From: a bacterium
GTDB lineage: Bacteria > Margulisbacteria > WOR-1 > O2-12-FULL-45-9 > XYB2-FULL-48-7
Length of the DNA: 64,000 nt
Direction: 5' to 3'
Assembly: GCA_043812655.1 (NCBI GenBank)
Contig: JBDRLW010000003.1
Location: 1 to 64,000 of the forward strand
Below, piece after piece: positions 10,936-21,256 of the stretch. The notes beneath the pieces were generated by a model. The model saw nothing but the letters and a program-made list of their open reading frames with translations, did not search any database and was not told the origin of the DNA. Numbering within the stretch: the stretch's first letter is position 1; every line of letters starts with the position of its first letter. Both the position numbers and the translations under genes were made by a program.

Positions 10936-12283
10936 TTTGATCCCCTTTTACATATGTTGAATACGAATAAAGCAATGATAGTAATAATAAACAAAAGGCC
11001 ATCGTTGTGCGACTAAAATAAATTAAATAATGAGAGATAAAAACGAGTAAAGTAAAAAGGTTAAGAAACTTAAGTTTCTTAATAATTATTTGCGCCTTAT
11101 CAGAAAGCCGATTGATAGCGCCGGGACTCATAATTACACTAGAGTAAAAGATAATAAATAGAGCGCATAATATCAGCCCAATCTCTGTTGTCATCCGGAA
11201 ATATCCGACATCACCAACTGATTCCAGGAAAAGTATTTGTCTAGGGTCCAATTCATTCGTCAAAACACCCTCAATGTCTAAATTTGTCCTGAGCGGTCCG
11301 GCCCCGATTATTACCAAATTAATATTAGGAATATATTCCGGAAGAATATTCATAATCGACGGGCCATACCCAGAGGCGGCATCGAACACCCTGCCAGAAA
11401 AACTCGCGATTATCAACAACAACAATACAATCAACATGCCTCTAAAAATAATATTACTCTTAACCTTAATGAACAGTAAAACAAAGTTAAATATGAAAAA
11501 CGGCAGAATAAACTGAAGCGTACCGGTCAAAAGAATAGCAATAAATACAATAAAATTAAATAATGAAAACAGCTTGAAGTCTTCGCGAAACAAGGCATTA
11601 TACATATAGCACAAGAAAATAATTGAACCGCTCACAAAATAATCAAGACCAATTCCGAATATGCGTAAAACGCCAACTCTAATCCCAAACGGAAAAAACG
11701 CCTTAACATTGGTTGCAAAAGATTTAAGTTGGGTGCTTGTTTCAATATCGGCATTCATAGCAGGCGCAATAAAAGAATTAACATAAAACGCATTGAAAGT
11801 TGGGGACAATCGTAAAATGGCCTCAGCAAATTGATAAAATATTGCAATGAACAAGATTAAATTAAAAAACTTTATCAATTGGTCAAATATTTTTATATTA
11901 TTCTTCCTTAAATCATTTGATAACACATAAGTAAACACGCTAAAAAGGAATAGTGGAAAAAAGTACTTCCTAAATGGAGCAAAGGCCCTAACATAAAGAT
12001 CGATTCCTGAACCAGGAAAGCTAGAAATAAAATAGATGCTTTGAACAACGCTACCAATAAATAATACAAGTAAATATATTTTTACCCAATCCAACCTAAT
12101 TTTGTGATAGCCTTCCTTCATTAAGTATGTAATAAATACAAAATATATTAACAATATGCTCGCTTCAATAAAAAGTGATCCTATCAAATAACTCCCTGTA
12201 ATGGTTACGATCAATACTTTAAAAAAAGCTGAAAACAGCATGTATAGCAAGAAGGCTTTAATCAGCTTAAAACCATTAATCAT
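10916..12283 (-). CDS. wzy: Putative O-antigen polymerase
   Basis: About 10 hydrophobic segments, very AT-rich, flanked by glycosyltransferases, wzx present in the locus. Confidence 0.65.
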   Translation of the reverse strand: MINGFKLIKAFLLYMLFSAFFKVLIVTITGSYLIGSLFIEASILLIYFVFITYLMKEGYHKIRLDWVKIYLLVLFIGSVVQSIYFISSFPGSGIDLYVRAFAPFRKYFFPLFLFSVFTYVLSNDLRKNNIKIFDQLIKFFNLILFIAIFYQFAEAILRLSPTFNAFYVNSFIAPAMNADIETSTQLKSFATNVKAFFPFGIRVGVLRIFGIGLDYFVSGSIIFLCYMYNALFREDFKLFSLFNFIVFIAILLTGTLQFILPFFIFNFVLLFIKVKSNIIFRGMLIVLLLLIIASFSGRVFDAASGYGPSIMNILPEYIPNINLVIIGAGPLRTNLDIEGVLTNELDPRQILFLESVGDVGYFRMTTEIGLILCALFIIFYSSVIMSPGAINRLSDKAQIIIKKLKFLNLFTLLVFISHYLIYFSRTTMAFCLLLLSLLYSYSTYVKGDQIEKNSN

Positions 12284-13200
12284 TTATGAAAATCCCTATT
12301 AGTGGTGTTAAGTCCGCCGTTTAGCGTAGATAAAACTCCAGCCATGCTTCCAAGTGCATTATAAAGTTTAGTTTTCTTAAAAGTTAGAATCCCTAGCAAT
12401 ATATTAGCCGCTATGTGCCCAAAAACAGCCCAGAAGAAAAAACTGGCCGACAATTCCGGGTATTTCTTTACGAAATAATAGCGGTTGATAACATTAGCTT
12501 TAGCTAACTGATAATTCTTTTTCCCCACAACCGGAACACAGAAATGTTCCACCTTTGCCCCTTCAACTACCATTAATTCATATTTTTTACGTACCCGCAT
12601 GCAAAAATCGATATCATCGATATAAGCACACCCCTGAAACCATTCTTCAAACTTATAGTTATCCAATACTTTCTTACGCCATATCGTAGCTCCCCCGCAC
12701 AACCATTGAACCTGAGTATCTTTATATACAGGAAATAAAACAACATTAAAGCCTGACTTAAGAATTACCCCCTGCTCGCCCTTATTGATCCAAAATAACT
12801 TTGTATACCAATTCAGAGGCATCGGAGTATTGTTGGTAATATTAAATGAAGTTCCGCCCAATTGAGCAGACGCGGAATCCCAGAATTTCAGCATGTTCTC
12901 AGTCGCCTTTTCATCAAGTACAAGATCGTCATCCAAATAGCCAGCGATCGTAATCTCAGGTCTTAATGCCTTAACTCCAGCATTACGCTGTTTGGTTAAT
13001 CCAGGAGGATAGATTCGGATATAATCAATCTTTAGATCAGAAAATTGATTAATTAAATTATCAACCACATTATCGCTCCCATCAACAATAATAATCTGAT
13101 CTGGAAGCTCGGTTTGTCTGCGAAAGCTTTGCAGCAGCTTAAAAAGATCAGCCGGATGATCCTTGGTTGGGACAATATAAGCCATTTTATGTTTGTGCAT
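12280..13200 (-). CDS. Glycosyltransferase family 2
   Basis: IVPTKD, IIIVDGS, QRNAG and LDDD. Confidence 0.88.
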   Translation of the reverse strand: MHKHKMAYIVPTKDHPADLFKLLQSFRRQTELPDQIIIVDGSDNVVDNLINQFSDLKIDYIRIYPPGLTKQRNAGVKALRPEITIAGYLDDDLVLDEKATENMLKFWDSASAQLGGTSFNITNNTPMPLNWYTKLFWINKGEQGVILKSGFNVVLFPVYKDTQVQWLCGGATIWRKKVLDNYKFEEWFQGCAYIDDIDFCMRVRKKYELMVVEGAKVEHFCVPVVGKKNYQLAKANVINRYYFVKKYPELSASFFFWAVFGHIAANILLGILTFKKTKLYNALGSMAGVLSTLNGGLNTTNRDFHK

Positions 13201-13203
13201 GAT

Positions 13204-13845
13204 TTAGATTGCGCTGTTTTCTTTTAAATAGCGACTAACTCCTCTCATATTCTCATCTTTCTTGACCGGAATCCCTTCGAATTTCTCCTGCTTTACACGC
13301 GCAAAGAAGTTCACCCCAGTTTCTTGGGCTGCGCGATAATCTTCCATTGTATCCCCAACAAACAAGACATTCTCATGATCAATTCCCTCTAGCTGTAATA
13401 TCTGATCAATCAACTCAGCTTTATTGCCAATCCCACCCATCACATTTTTGAAATACTTAGTTATTTTCCGCTTTTCTATGATCGATTCTAATTCAGCCTG
13501 TGGGGTAATAGATGCCACATAAATCGGTAGAACATTGTAGAATTCTTCTAATAAATCGATTGCTCCATCAACATATGGGCATTCAATCACCTTTTGATAA
13601 ACCAGTTGTGAGAATTTTTCTCCCAACGCCGCTTTTTCTTCAGGAGGCAATGGTTTTTTCAATATATGCTGGTATAACCATTCGAACTTAGCAAACCTAG
13701 ATTTTCCATTATTCTTTAGATGATAATCGATAAAAGGAACAATCAGTTCTGGTTGATCTTTAAACAACTCCTTAAAGGCTTGGGTTTTTATTCCTACCGA
13801 TTCTACAATTACACCATCAAAATCTAAAATAATCAGTTTGATCAT
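13204..13845 (-). CDS. HAD-family phosphatase
   Basis: DFDGVIVES and FVGDT motifs. Confidence 0.88.
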   Translation of the reverse strand: MIKLIILDFDGVIVESVGIKTQAFKELFKDQPELIVPFIDYHLKNNGKSRFAKFEWLYQHILKKPLPPEEKAALGEKFSQLVYQKVIECPYVDGAIDLLEEFYNVLPIYVASITPQAELESIIEKRKITKYFKNVMGGIGNKAELIDQILQLEGIDHENVLFVGDTMEDYRAAQETGVNFFARVKQEKFEGIPVKKDENMRGVSRYLKENSAI

Positions 13846-14744
13846 CCGTTAGTATTAAAATAATCGATTAGATTATTTACCGTCTCCATTTCCATGTTCT
13901 GCCGGCACTCGAAAGCATAAGAGCCTACATGTGGAGTCAAAATAACTTGTGGATAATCACAAAGCTTACCCACATAAGGTTCCTGAGCAAAAGTGTCAAG
14001 CCAAGCGCCTATTACTTGCTTACTATTGAGCCCATGGATAAGCGCTTCCTCATCGATTAACGCTCCTCTGGCGGCATTTAAGATAAAGATCCCCTGCTTC
14101 ATTTGCCCAAATTCCTTCGCCCTCAACAAGCACGCTTCGCCGCTACAATGAAGAGTAATAATATCGGCGGCTTTGATTGCGTCCGTTAAATCAACCGATT
14201 TTGTATATTTAGGATCAACCGGAAGCACTTTAGCGCCAAAGGCAGACAAAAGCTCCCCTACTTTCTTGCCAATATTACCGTAACCAATCACTGCCACATT
14301 CTTTTCAGATAACAGCCTACCGATCCGTTTCTCCCATTTTTTTTGATGCAATGCAGCGTCCATCTGATTAACCTGTCTTAAAAGTGATAATAAACATCCG
14401 ATCGTCAATTCAGCTACTGCATTTACCGGGGCAGTTGGTGTATTTCTAACCGTAATTCCAAGCTCCTTAGCGGCTTTTTGATCAACATTAGACATACCGG
14501 CTCCACAGCGGGAAATTATTTTTAAATTAGACTTGGTCATTACCTCACGATCTAATGTTTCCAACCCAGCAATTAACCCGGTTATGCCAGGCAACAGAGC
14601 TAAAAGCTCCTCTTTGGTCAATTTTCGCTTATATGGGTTATCGATTACAGCAAAACCGTGTTCTTCTAATTTACTAATCGGGCTTCGGTCTAAAGAGCCA
14701 AAGCTGGATGGTCCTAATAATATTTTCTTTATTTTTTTCGTCAT
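13842..14744 (-). CDS. D-2-hydroxyacid (phosphoglycerate-like) dehydrogenase
   Basis: AVAE, GYGNIG, NAARG and TPHVGS; no ACT domain. Confidence 0.88.
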   Translation of the reverse strand: MTKKIKKILLGPSSFGSLDRSPISKLEEHGFAVIDNPYKRKLTKEELLALLPGITGLIAGLETLDREVMTKSNLKIISRCGAGMSNVDQKAAKELGITVRNTPTAPVNAVAELTIGCLLSLLRQVNQMDAALHQKKWEKRIGRLLSEKNVAVIGYGNIGKKVGELLSAFGAKVLPVDPKYTKSVDLTDAIKAADIITLHCSGEACLLRAKEFGQMKQGIFILNAARGALIDEEALIHGLNSKQVIGAWLDTFAQEPYVGKLCDYPQVILTPHVGSYAFECRQNMEMETVNNLIDYFNTNG

Positions 14745-14748
14745 TGTT

Positions 14749-15372
14749 CTACTTATTTTCTCCCGTCATTTTATACTGCAGCCAAGTAGCGATTAAATGA
14801 TCAAGGATAAGATGGACATCCTCGACTGGACCGTATTCCCCCTTAAATGTTTTAGCTAGGATCGAGATATCGCATATTTCATTCAATTTTCCTCCATCAA
14901 AACCAACCAAACCGATGGTTTTACCTTGACGAGATTTGACCCACTCTACCGCTTCAACCACATTGGGAGAATTTCCACTGGCTGAAATCGCAATCAGCTT
15001 ATCTCCCGGCCGATAGTGGATCCTTAACTGGTTAACAAATAAATTATTATAACCGTCATCATTAGCAATGGCAGTCATGACCGCATTGCCATCAGTCAAG
15101 GCTAAAACCCTAAAAGCTTTTTTACATTTCGCTTTCTTTAACACGTCTAAACCCAGGTCGTTTGCCATATGAGAAGCCGTTGCCGCAGAGCCTCCATTGC
15201 CGATAACAAAGATCGTATTCTCATGTTCATAAGCAGACTGCAACTCTTTAACCAATGCAGCAATCGCTTTAACATCAAGCTGGCAGGTTAAATCATACAG
15301 GTATTTTAGATACCCTTTTGCGTAATCCTCAACCTTACTTGATTCCTTAAATAGTTTTTCCAAATTATTCAT
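14749..15372 (-). CDS. SIS-domain phosphosugar isomerase (GmhA-like)
   Basis: GNGGSAA, ISASGNSPNV and EDVH. Confidence 0.88.
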   Translation of the reverse strand: MNNLEKLFKESSKVEDYAKGYLKYLYDLTCQLDVKAIAALVKELQSAYEHENTIFVIGNGGSAATASHMANDLGLDVLKKAKCKKAFRVLALTDGNAVMTAIANDDGYNNLFVNQLRIHYRPGDKLIAISASGNSPNVVEAVEWVKSRQGKTIGLVGFDGGKLNEICDISILAKTFKGEYGPVEDVHLILDHLIATWLQYKMTGENK

Positions 15373-16409
15373 TATATTCCCTCCTCTTTATGATATGCGG
15401 CCTTCCATTCCGGATCAGAATGATAGATTTGATAAACCAATTGCATGGTTGCTAGCGCCTCTGCACTACTCCCCTCCGTAACCTTTGAATCATTAATCAC
15501 CGCATCAGCAAATTCATTCACCTCGTCACGCCATGAATTATCGGTTAAGAAAGTTATTATTTCTTCCCCTGTTGATCCGACATCTGCTTCATTTCTTCTT
15601 CCAATTATTAATTTTTCACTCCCATAACTTTTTGACCCAGATAAAATGCCACGCAACTCAATAAATCCATGGGTTAACGCAATATCGAGCGCAAAACGAT
15701 GCTGCCATTGAGTAGCGGTAGAATGAAGCATTGCAATGCGGCCGTTTTTATCGCGCATTAGAGCATAGGCATTATCCTCAACATCATGTTTCCAAAAAGC
15801 ATTAGAAACAAAACTCTTAACTTCGACAAATTCATCGCAAAAAAGCCGCATTAGGTCAACCATATGGATACCCTGGTCCAATAATATCCCCCCGCCTGAA
15901 TACTTTCGCTCTGCTCGCCATCCGCCAGAAAAAGGAATAATCTTGCTCTTTCCATATACCCCTCTTAGATTAATTACTCCTCCGAGCTCTTTTGATCTGA
16001 TAATTTCGAGTGCTTTCCTGACTGAATCGTGGTAACGATGGTTAAAACCATATTTTAATTTCAAATTAGGCCGCCGCTGCTCTTCTTCGATTACTCGCTT
16101 GATATCTGCCACGTTTCGGCCTGGAGGCTTTTCACAAAATACATGTATCCCCCTTTTTAAGCCTTCAATTGTTACTTCGGCCGCTAAATAATTTGGAAGA
16201 CTCACAAATAGAATATCTAGTTTTTCATTCAGTAATTGCTGGTAATTTGAAAATGCTTTAATTCCATCCGGTAATACAAATGCCTCAGGATATTTTTGGT
16301 CGCAAACAGCAACGGTCTCCAACTGTGGATGCATATCAATGTAATGACGTCGTCTTGTCCCAACTACTCCATAACCAGCAATACCAACTTGAAGCTTTTT
16401 TTTATTCAT
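15372..16409 (-). CDS. Gfo/Idh/MocA oxidoreductase
   Basis: GYGVVG, CEKP, GFNHR and GGGILLDQGIH; start MNKK chosen from the GGAGG RBS. Confidence 0.88.
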   Translation of the reverse strand: MNKKKLQVGIAGYGVVGTRRRHYIDMHPQLETVAVCDQKYPEAFVLPDGIKAFSNYQQLLNEKLDILFVSLPNYLAAEVTIEGLKRGIHVFCEKPPGRNVADIKRVIEEEQRRPNLKLKYGFNHRYHDSVRKALEIIRSKELGGVINLRGVYGKSKIIPFSGGWRAERKYSGGGILLDQGIHMVDLMRLFCDEFVEVKSFVSNAFWKHDVEDNAYALMRDKNGRIAMLHSTATQWQHRFALDIALTHGFIELRGILSGSKSYGSEKLIIGRRNEADVGSTGEEIITFLTDNSWRDEVNEFADAVINDSKVTEGSSAEALATMQLVYQIYHSDPEWKAAYHKEEGI

Positions 16410-16410
16410 T

Positions 16411-17187
16411 TTATTCCGTGCCTCCATGATCATGGTATTGTTTAAACAGCTTATCTTGGGCCATTATTTCATTAACCTTTTCGTGATCAGCTGGAGTATC
16501 AATCCCCTTGGTGATATAGGGTGATAGTGGAGCATATATCGGGATCCCGTTTTCAATAAAACGGAGCATATCGCACGATTCAGCAATTTCAAGCGGAGTT
16601 ATCTCCATTTTTTCATATTTTAAGATGGTTTCCTTCGTTAGGCCATAAATCCCTAATTGTTTATAATGCTTTGTTTCATCTCCATTTGGCACTGGAAACC
16701 TTGAAAAATAGAGGGCATAACCTCTCTGATCGATAACGGCTTTAACATTATTCACATTATTAATATTTTCCTTGCCAATAAGTTCTTCAATTAAATTCAC
16801 CACAGCAATATTCGGATCAAGCATAAAAGGATCGATCGTCAAATCTAGCGCTACCGGATTAAGTAATGGTTCGTCACCTTGGACATTAATCACTATTTCA
16901 AAATCATTCTGCTGAACCAATAGTTTTTTACATGCTTCAGTAACCCGATCAGTACAACGAACGTGTTTATCAGAAGTCATAATAACCTTAGCCCCAAATG
17001 CCTCCGCTACTATTTTTATCTCCTTATCACAGGTTGCGACATACACTTCAGATATTTTATTATTTAGCCTTACTCTTCGCCAAACGTGCTCAATCATGCT
17101 CATCCCGCAGATATCAACAATCGGTTTCCCCGGGTAACGGGTAGAGGCCATCCTTGCGGGGATTATTGCGATTACCTTTTTTTTCAC
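16411..17187 (-). CDS. kdsB: CMP-Kdo synthetase-like cytidylyltransferase
   Basis: IPARMASTRYPGKP, NVQGDEP and LYFSR. Confidence 0.85.
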   Translation of the reverse strand: MKKKVIAIIPARMASTRYPGKPIVDICGMSMIEHVWRRVRLNNKISEVYVATCDKEIKIVAEAFGAKVIMTSDKHVRCTDRVTEACKKLLVQQNDFEIVINVQGDEPLLNPVALDLTIDPFMLDPNIAVVNLIEELIGKENINNVNNVKAVIDQRGYALYFSRFPVPNGDETKHYKQLGIYGLTKETILKYEKMEITPLEIAESCDMLRFIENGIPIYAPLSPYITKGIDTPADHEKVNEIMAQDKLFKQYHDHGGTE

Positions 17188-17190
17188 TGC

Positions 17191-17958
17191 TTATTTTCCT
17201 CCTGAAACAACATAATTATAAAACCCTTTCTTTACTTTGCGTCCAAGATAGCCAGCCTTGATCATTTGATAAAAGACTGGACAGGGTTCGTACTTACCGT
17301 TCGGAATTCTTTTATTTAGTGATTCTAGAATGCTTAAACAAACATCGATCCCGATCAAATCCGCAATCGCCAGTGGCCCCATCGGACTGTTTGTCCCTAA
17401 TTTCATCGCCATATTAATATCTTTAGCACTGGCCGAACCACTCTGCAAGAAAAAGGCAGCCTCATTAATCATAATAAATAATAGCCGATTAACGATAAAG
17501 CCGGGAGTATCCTTTATAATAACCGACTTTTTGTTGATTGCAGAGACAAGTGTTTGGATCTGTTTAATCGTGGCATCCGCAGTCTGGATTCCTGAGACAA
17601 TTTCAACAAAATCCACCTTATCTGCCGGATTAAAGAAATGGAGTCCAATAAAGTTTTCCGGATGATCAACTATTTTACTCAATTCGGAAATACCTAAAGA
17701 TGATGTATTTGAAGCAAAAATCGTATCTGCCGAACATAACTTATTAAGCCTTTGAAAAATAGCCCGCTTTGCTTCAAATTCTTCAATGACCGCCTCAATA
17801 ACAATTTTGGAATCCTTTGCCGCCAATAAATCCTCATTGCCGACTGGTTCGATCAAAACAGGTTTAAATCCATATTCCCCCAGAGCTATGGCTATACCGC
17901 GTCCCATGGTCCCTGCGCCAATAATTGATATATTTATAGTTTCGATCGGTTCACTCAT
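17191..17958 (-). CDS. 3-hydroxyacyl-CoA (3-hydroxybutyryl-CoA) dehydrogenase, shortened
   Basis: GAGTMG, IEAVIE, SNTSS, GLHFFNP, PGFIVNR and PMGPL. Confidence 0.88.
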   Translation of the reverse strand: MSEPIETINISIIGAGTMGRGIAIALGEYGFKPVLIEPVGNEDLLAAKDSKIVIEAVIEEFEAKRAIFQRLNKLCSADTIFASNTSSLGISELSKIVDHPENFIGLHFFNPADKVDFVEIVSGIQTADATIKQIQTLVSAINKKSVIIKDTPGFIVNRLLFIMINEAAFFLQSGSASAKDINMAMKLGTNSPMGPLAIADLIGIDVCLSILESLNKRIPNGKYEPCPVFYQMIKAGYLGRKVKKGFYNYVVSGGK

Positions 17959-17963
17959 TTATA

Positions 17964-18734
17964 TTAGTCCTTTATTAAGCCTGCCCTAATATTACTCAAG
18001 CATCGATTACAGCTCTGGCTAAGAAAAATAAAATCGGTGCCTACTGCTATAAATTTAAATCCCTGCTCAATTTTATCGATGACTACTTTTGATGCTGGAT
18101 CAACAACGTGGAAACCCATTAGATACCCTTTTTCTTTAGATTTATTGAGAATATCATTTAACGCCCTAACTACTTTAGGATTATCGAATTCACCCGGGCA
18201 GCCGAGAGACCCAGAGAGATCGTATAGTCCGATAATGAAGCCATCTACCCCCTTAACACTCATTATCTCTTCAATATTTTCGACTGCTTTATAATGTTCT
18301 AGCTGGACAATTACTATACTGCTCTCCTGATTCCATTGTCGATAGCTTTCCAAGTCTAGGCTGTATTTTTGCGCTCTTGATAAACCGACTCCACGTGTCC
18401 CGACTGGAGGGTATTTTACAGCGGCAACCGCTTTTTCCGCATCTGCTTTAGAATTTACCATGGGAACGATCACCCCATGTGCGCCTGCATCCATTACACG
18501 CTTAATCAAATATGCGCTGTTTTCTCCTACCCGGACCAAGGGGGCTACCTTGTTCAACTCAATTACGGCAATCATCGCCTGCGCTTGAGCAATCGTGATC
18601 GCAGTATGTTCCATGTCGATTGCCAGCCAATCAAAACCAGTTTTCGCCATAATTTCGGTGACTGATAAATCCCCAATTGTTAGCCATGACCCGTAACTCA
18701 ACGCTCTTTCATTCAACTTCTCTTTTAAAATCAC
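17964..18734 (-). CDS. HpcH/HpaI family class II pyruvate aldolase
   Basis: DWLAIDMEH, VRV, PMV and YPPVGTRG. Confidence 0.9.
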   Translation of the reverse strand: MILKEKLNERALSYGSWLTIGDLSVTEIMAKTGFDWLAIDMEHTAITIAQAQAMIAVIELNKVAPLVRVGENSAYLIKRVMDAGAHGVIVPMVNSKADAEKAVAAVKYPPVGTRGVGLSRAQKYSLDLESYRQWNQESSIVIVQLEHYKAVENIEEIMSVKGVDGFIIGLYDLSGSLGCPGEFDNPKVVRALNDILNKSKEKGYLMGFHVVDPASKVVIDKIEQGFKFIAVGTDFIFLSQSCNRCLSNIRAGLIKD

Positions 18735-20641
18735 AAAAGTCCTCCTATAAAGCTTGCGATCCTTTCGGTAGCTTTCCCATCAAGTATGCCAAAACATTGC
18801 TCGACAACATAGCTTCTCATCTCAGCAAACCCCTCTCTATCTAAGAATAAATATTTATCTATTTTTTCCCGGAGCTCTATTGCGTCATGGGCACATACAT
18901 CGAGGCCAAGGCTTGCCAAAGCCCCAATGTTTAGATGTGTTCCGGCATGCACAGATATTGCTGGTTTTCCCAGGACAATTGCTTCTTCGGCTACGGTCGA
19001 ATGCGTAGTAATTAATAGATCTGATCCATTTAGTAGTTCATATATATTTTCGCTCACTATTTCATAATTAACGTTAGGATACTTTGTCTTATAAATACGC
19101 AACATAGCATCAATCGGTTTGTTTGGGTGAGGCTTAAAGATCAAAAGGAAACGGTCGTCTACGGCTTCAAATATTACATTTAGCAACTGCCGAATATCAT
19201 GTTCAAACAATCCTACCGCAACCAGCAATCTATATTGCTTACTATTTACAGCGTTTTGCTTCTGATTAATAGCATCATATAATGAGTCAAACCTTGGAGA
19301 ACCTAAGAGTAAAGCTCGTTCTTCGGAAAGACCTGCTTTAACAAATAGATCTCTGGTGGCTTTTCCCTGAAATAGCTCATAATCAGCAAAAGGGGCATAT
19401 TTTATCAAGTCCTTTCCTCCTGATTTTGGATCCAGCTCACTGCTGTGGTACCTGGTCTCAAGTTTAGTGCTTGGATATGAAGCGTGCTGCAACCCCACAA
19501 TTGGGATTTTCTTTGCACTTATCCTGAAACCGCAATTGATTGCTCTACCAACGTGATTAATAACATAGCACGAAAACAGCATTTTCGGTTTATATTTATC
19601 CGCATATTTCTCAGCGGCCTTAATCAATAGTAATGATCGATAGTTCTGATACCCATAAACCGATTTTAGAAATGGCTCCAAGAATATTGGAGAATAATCT
19701 TTCCCGTCAATCGTGCAGAATGAAGTTTTAGCATCAGCAGGAAGCATTAATATCTTTAGAGATAATTTCAAATAATTGATTAACTGGCTAACCATATCAA
19801 ATAATGTGCTATAAGATTCTAGAAAGACTATTTTATAATCCGCCCTTACAGCCTGTTTTAAATATTTTAGATTAAATAGAGTCTTGATGTCTTTTTTTCG
19901 ATCAAGCGTTGAAAGATAATTAACCGCCAACCCACCTGATTGCAATTCTTCTGGCAGTCTGCCGTAATATCTATCTTTAAGTTTGTCATTTGACTCAACA
20001 AGCGAGCCGGGATAAATTGAAAAAAAGGTAACATCCGGCCGTTGATTAAGCGCTTTGCTTGATCGATAAAACAGACGAATGGAGAACGTTTGCCATAAAC
20101 TAAACAGTGCATAGAATATGGTTTGAAGCAAGCCTTTTAAAAACATAATATATTCGCTGTTTGGCGAATACCCATATTGACGGTGAAAGGAAACCCTCGA
20201 ATCCGGAATAAGTTGACGTATTACATTTATCAATGGCGAGTTCTTCCCATAAATAATGACTTGATCATATTTACTGGAGTCAATTAAATCCTTAATCGTT
20301 TCGCAATATACAAGCCAGTTACATAACAAGTATTCCTGGTAAAACTTGTATTGCAGATCATTAAACCACCACATCGAGACCCCAACGGGAACGGCTAATA
20401 GTTGTTTTATGTTTTTGCCATGGTAGATGGCCTTGGTCCCCATTTTGCCAATCATATCTTTTATGGCCTCAACAACTTTTGGTTGATGTTGTGATAATTG
20501 TTTTGATCGATCGATGAACTGCAAATCAGATAAGAAATCATCGTCAGATAAGTTCAATATTTCAGCTTCACACGTCTGATAACGGTCGATGCTTTCAAGT
20601 TCCTTTTTATTAAGCTGATTTAGGATGACCAACAATTTCAT
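18731..20641 (-). CDS. Large surface-carbohydrate biosynthesis protein (LIC13510-like), putative GT-B transferase
   Basis: SMWW, DRYYG, GLQH, GSPRFD, KPHP, STVAEEA and DGKATERI. Confidence 0.6.
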   Translation of the reverse strand: MKLLVILNQLNKKELESIDRYQTCEAEILNLSDDDFLSDLQFIDRSKQLSQHQPKVVEAIKDMIGKMGTKAIYHGKNIKQLLAVPVGVSMWWFNDLQYKFYQEYLLCNWLVYCETIKDLIDSSKYDQVIIYGKNSPLINVIRQLIPDSRVSFHRQYGYSPNSEYIMFLKGLLQTIFYALFSLWQTFSIRLFYRSSKALNQRPDVTFFSIYPGSLVESNDKLKDRYYGRLPEELQSGGLAVNYLSTLDRKKDIKTLFNLKYLKQAVRADYKIVFLESYSTLFDMVSQLINYLKLSLKILMLPADAKTSFCTIDGKDYSPIFLEPFLKSVYGYQNYRSLLLIKAAEKYADKYKPKMLFSCYVINHVGRAINCGFRISAKKIPIVGLQHASYPSTKLETRYHSSELDPKSGGKDLIKYAPFADYELFQGKATRDLFVKAGLSEERALLLGSPRFDSLYDAINQKQNAVNSKQYRLLVAVGLFEHDIRQLLNVIFEAVDDRFLLIFKPHPNKPIDAMLRIYKTKYPNVNYEIVSENIYELLNGSDLLITTHSTVAEEAIVLGKPAISVHAGTHLNIGALASLGLDVCAHDAIELREKIDKYLFLDREGFAEMRSYVVEQCFGILDGKATERIASFIGGLL

Positions 20642-21243
20642 CTAGGATTGCCTCTTTTTGAAATAATCTTGGCAGGAACGCCACCCATTACTGAATATGG
20701 TTCAACATTTTTTGTGACTACCGCTCCAGCCGCAATCACGGAACCTTTTCCGATGCTGACATTTGGGACTACCACAACATTGGCACCTAACCAGACATCA
20801 TCTTCAATGGTAATCTTGCCCGCGGTATGTCCCTGCTGTTTAATTGGAAGGTCAGGATTTTCAAAGGTGTGATTACTTGATCGGATCACAACATTTGGCC
20901 CCAAAAGGACATTATCGCCGATCTGAATCGGCCCACCAAGGTCGGCATTAATCATAATGTTTGAATTAGTGGACAGGTTATCTCCGATTTTTATGGTCGG
21001 ATTATTTTTACCGGATGCATAAACCTGTGCATTCAAACCTAGGTTAATGTTGTTGCCAAAAGCAATGTTTTTCCCGCTTCTAATCTGGCAGCCGGTGGCG
21101 GTTGATAATCCCCTCCCGCAGCTTGCCAGATATTTCTTATAAAATATACGGCGTAGAATAATACCAAGATGCCCCGGGAGCCAGGTTAAGCCAAAAATAA
21201 TCCACTCGTATATTTCAGATAATAGTATATATACAATCTTCAC
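20638..21243 (-). CDS. Left-handed beta-helix acyltransferase
   Basis: Hexapeptide repeats, IEDDVWLGA and GGVPAK. Confidence 0.9.
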   Translation of the reverse strand: MKIVYILLSEIYEWIIFGLTWLPGHLGIILRRIFYKKYLASCGRGLSTATGCQIRSGKNIAFGNNINLGLNAQVYASGKNNPTIKIGDNLSTNSNIMINADLGGPIQIGDNVLLGPNVVIRSSNHTFENPDLPIKQQGHTAGKITIEDDVWLGANVVVVPNVSIGKGSVIAAGAVVTKNVEPYSVMGGVPAKIISKRGNPR

Positions 21244-21256
21244 TTTTATTTTCTCC

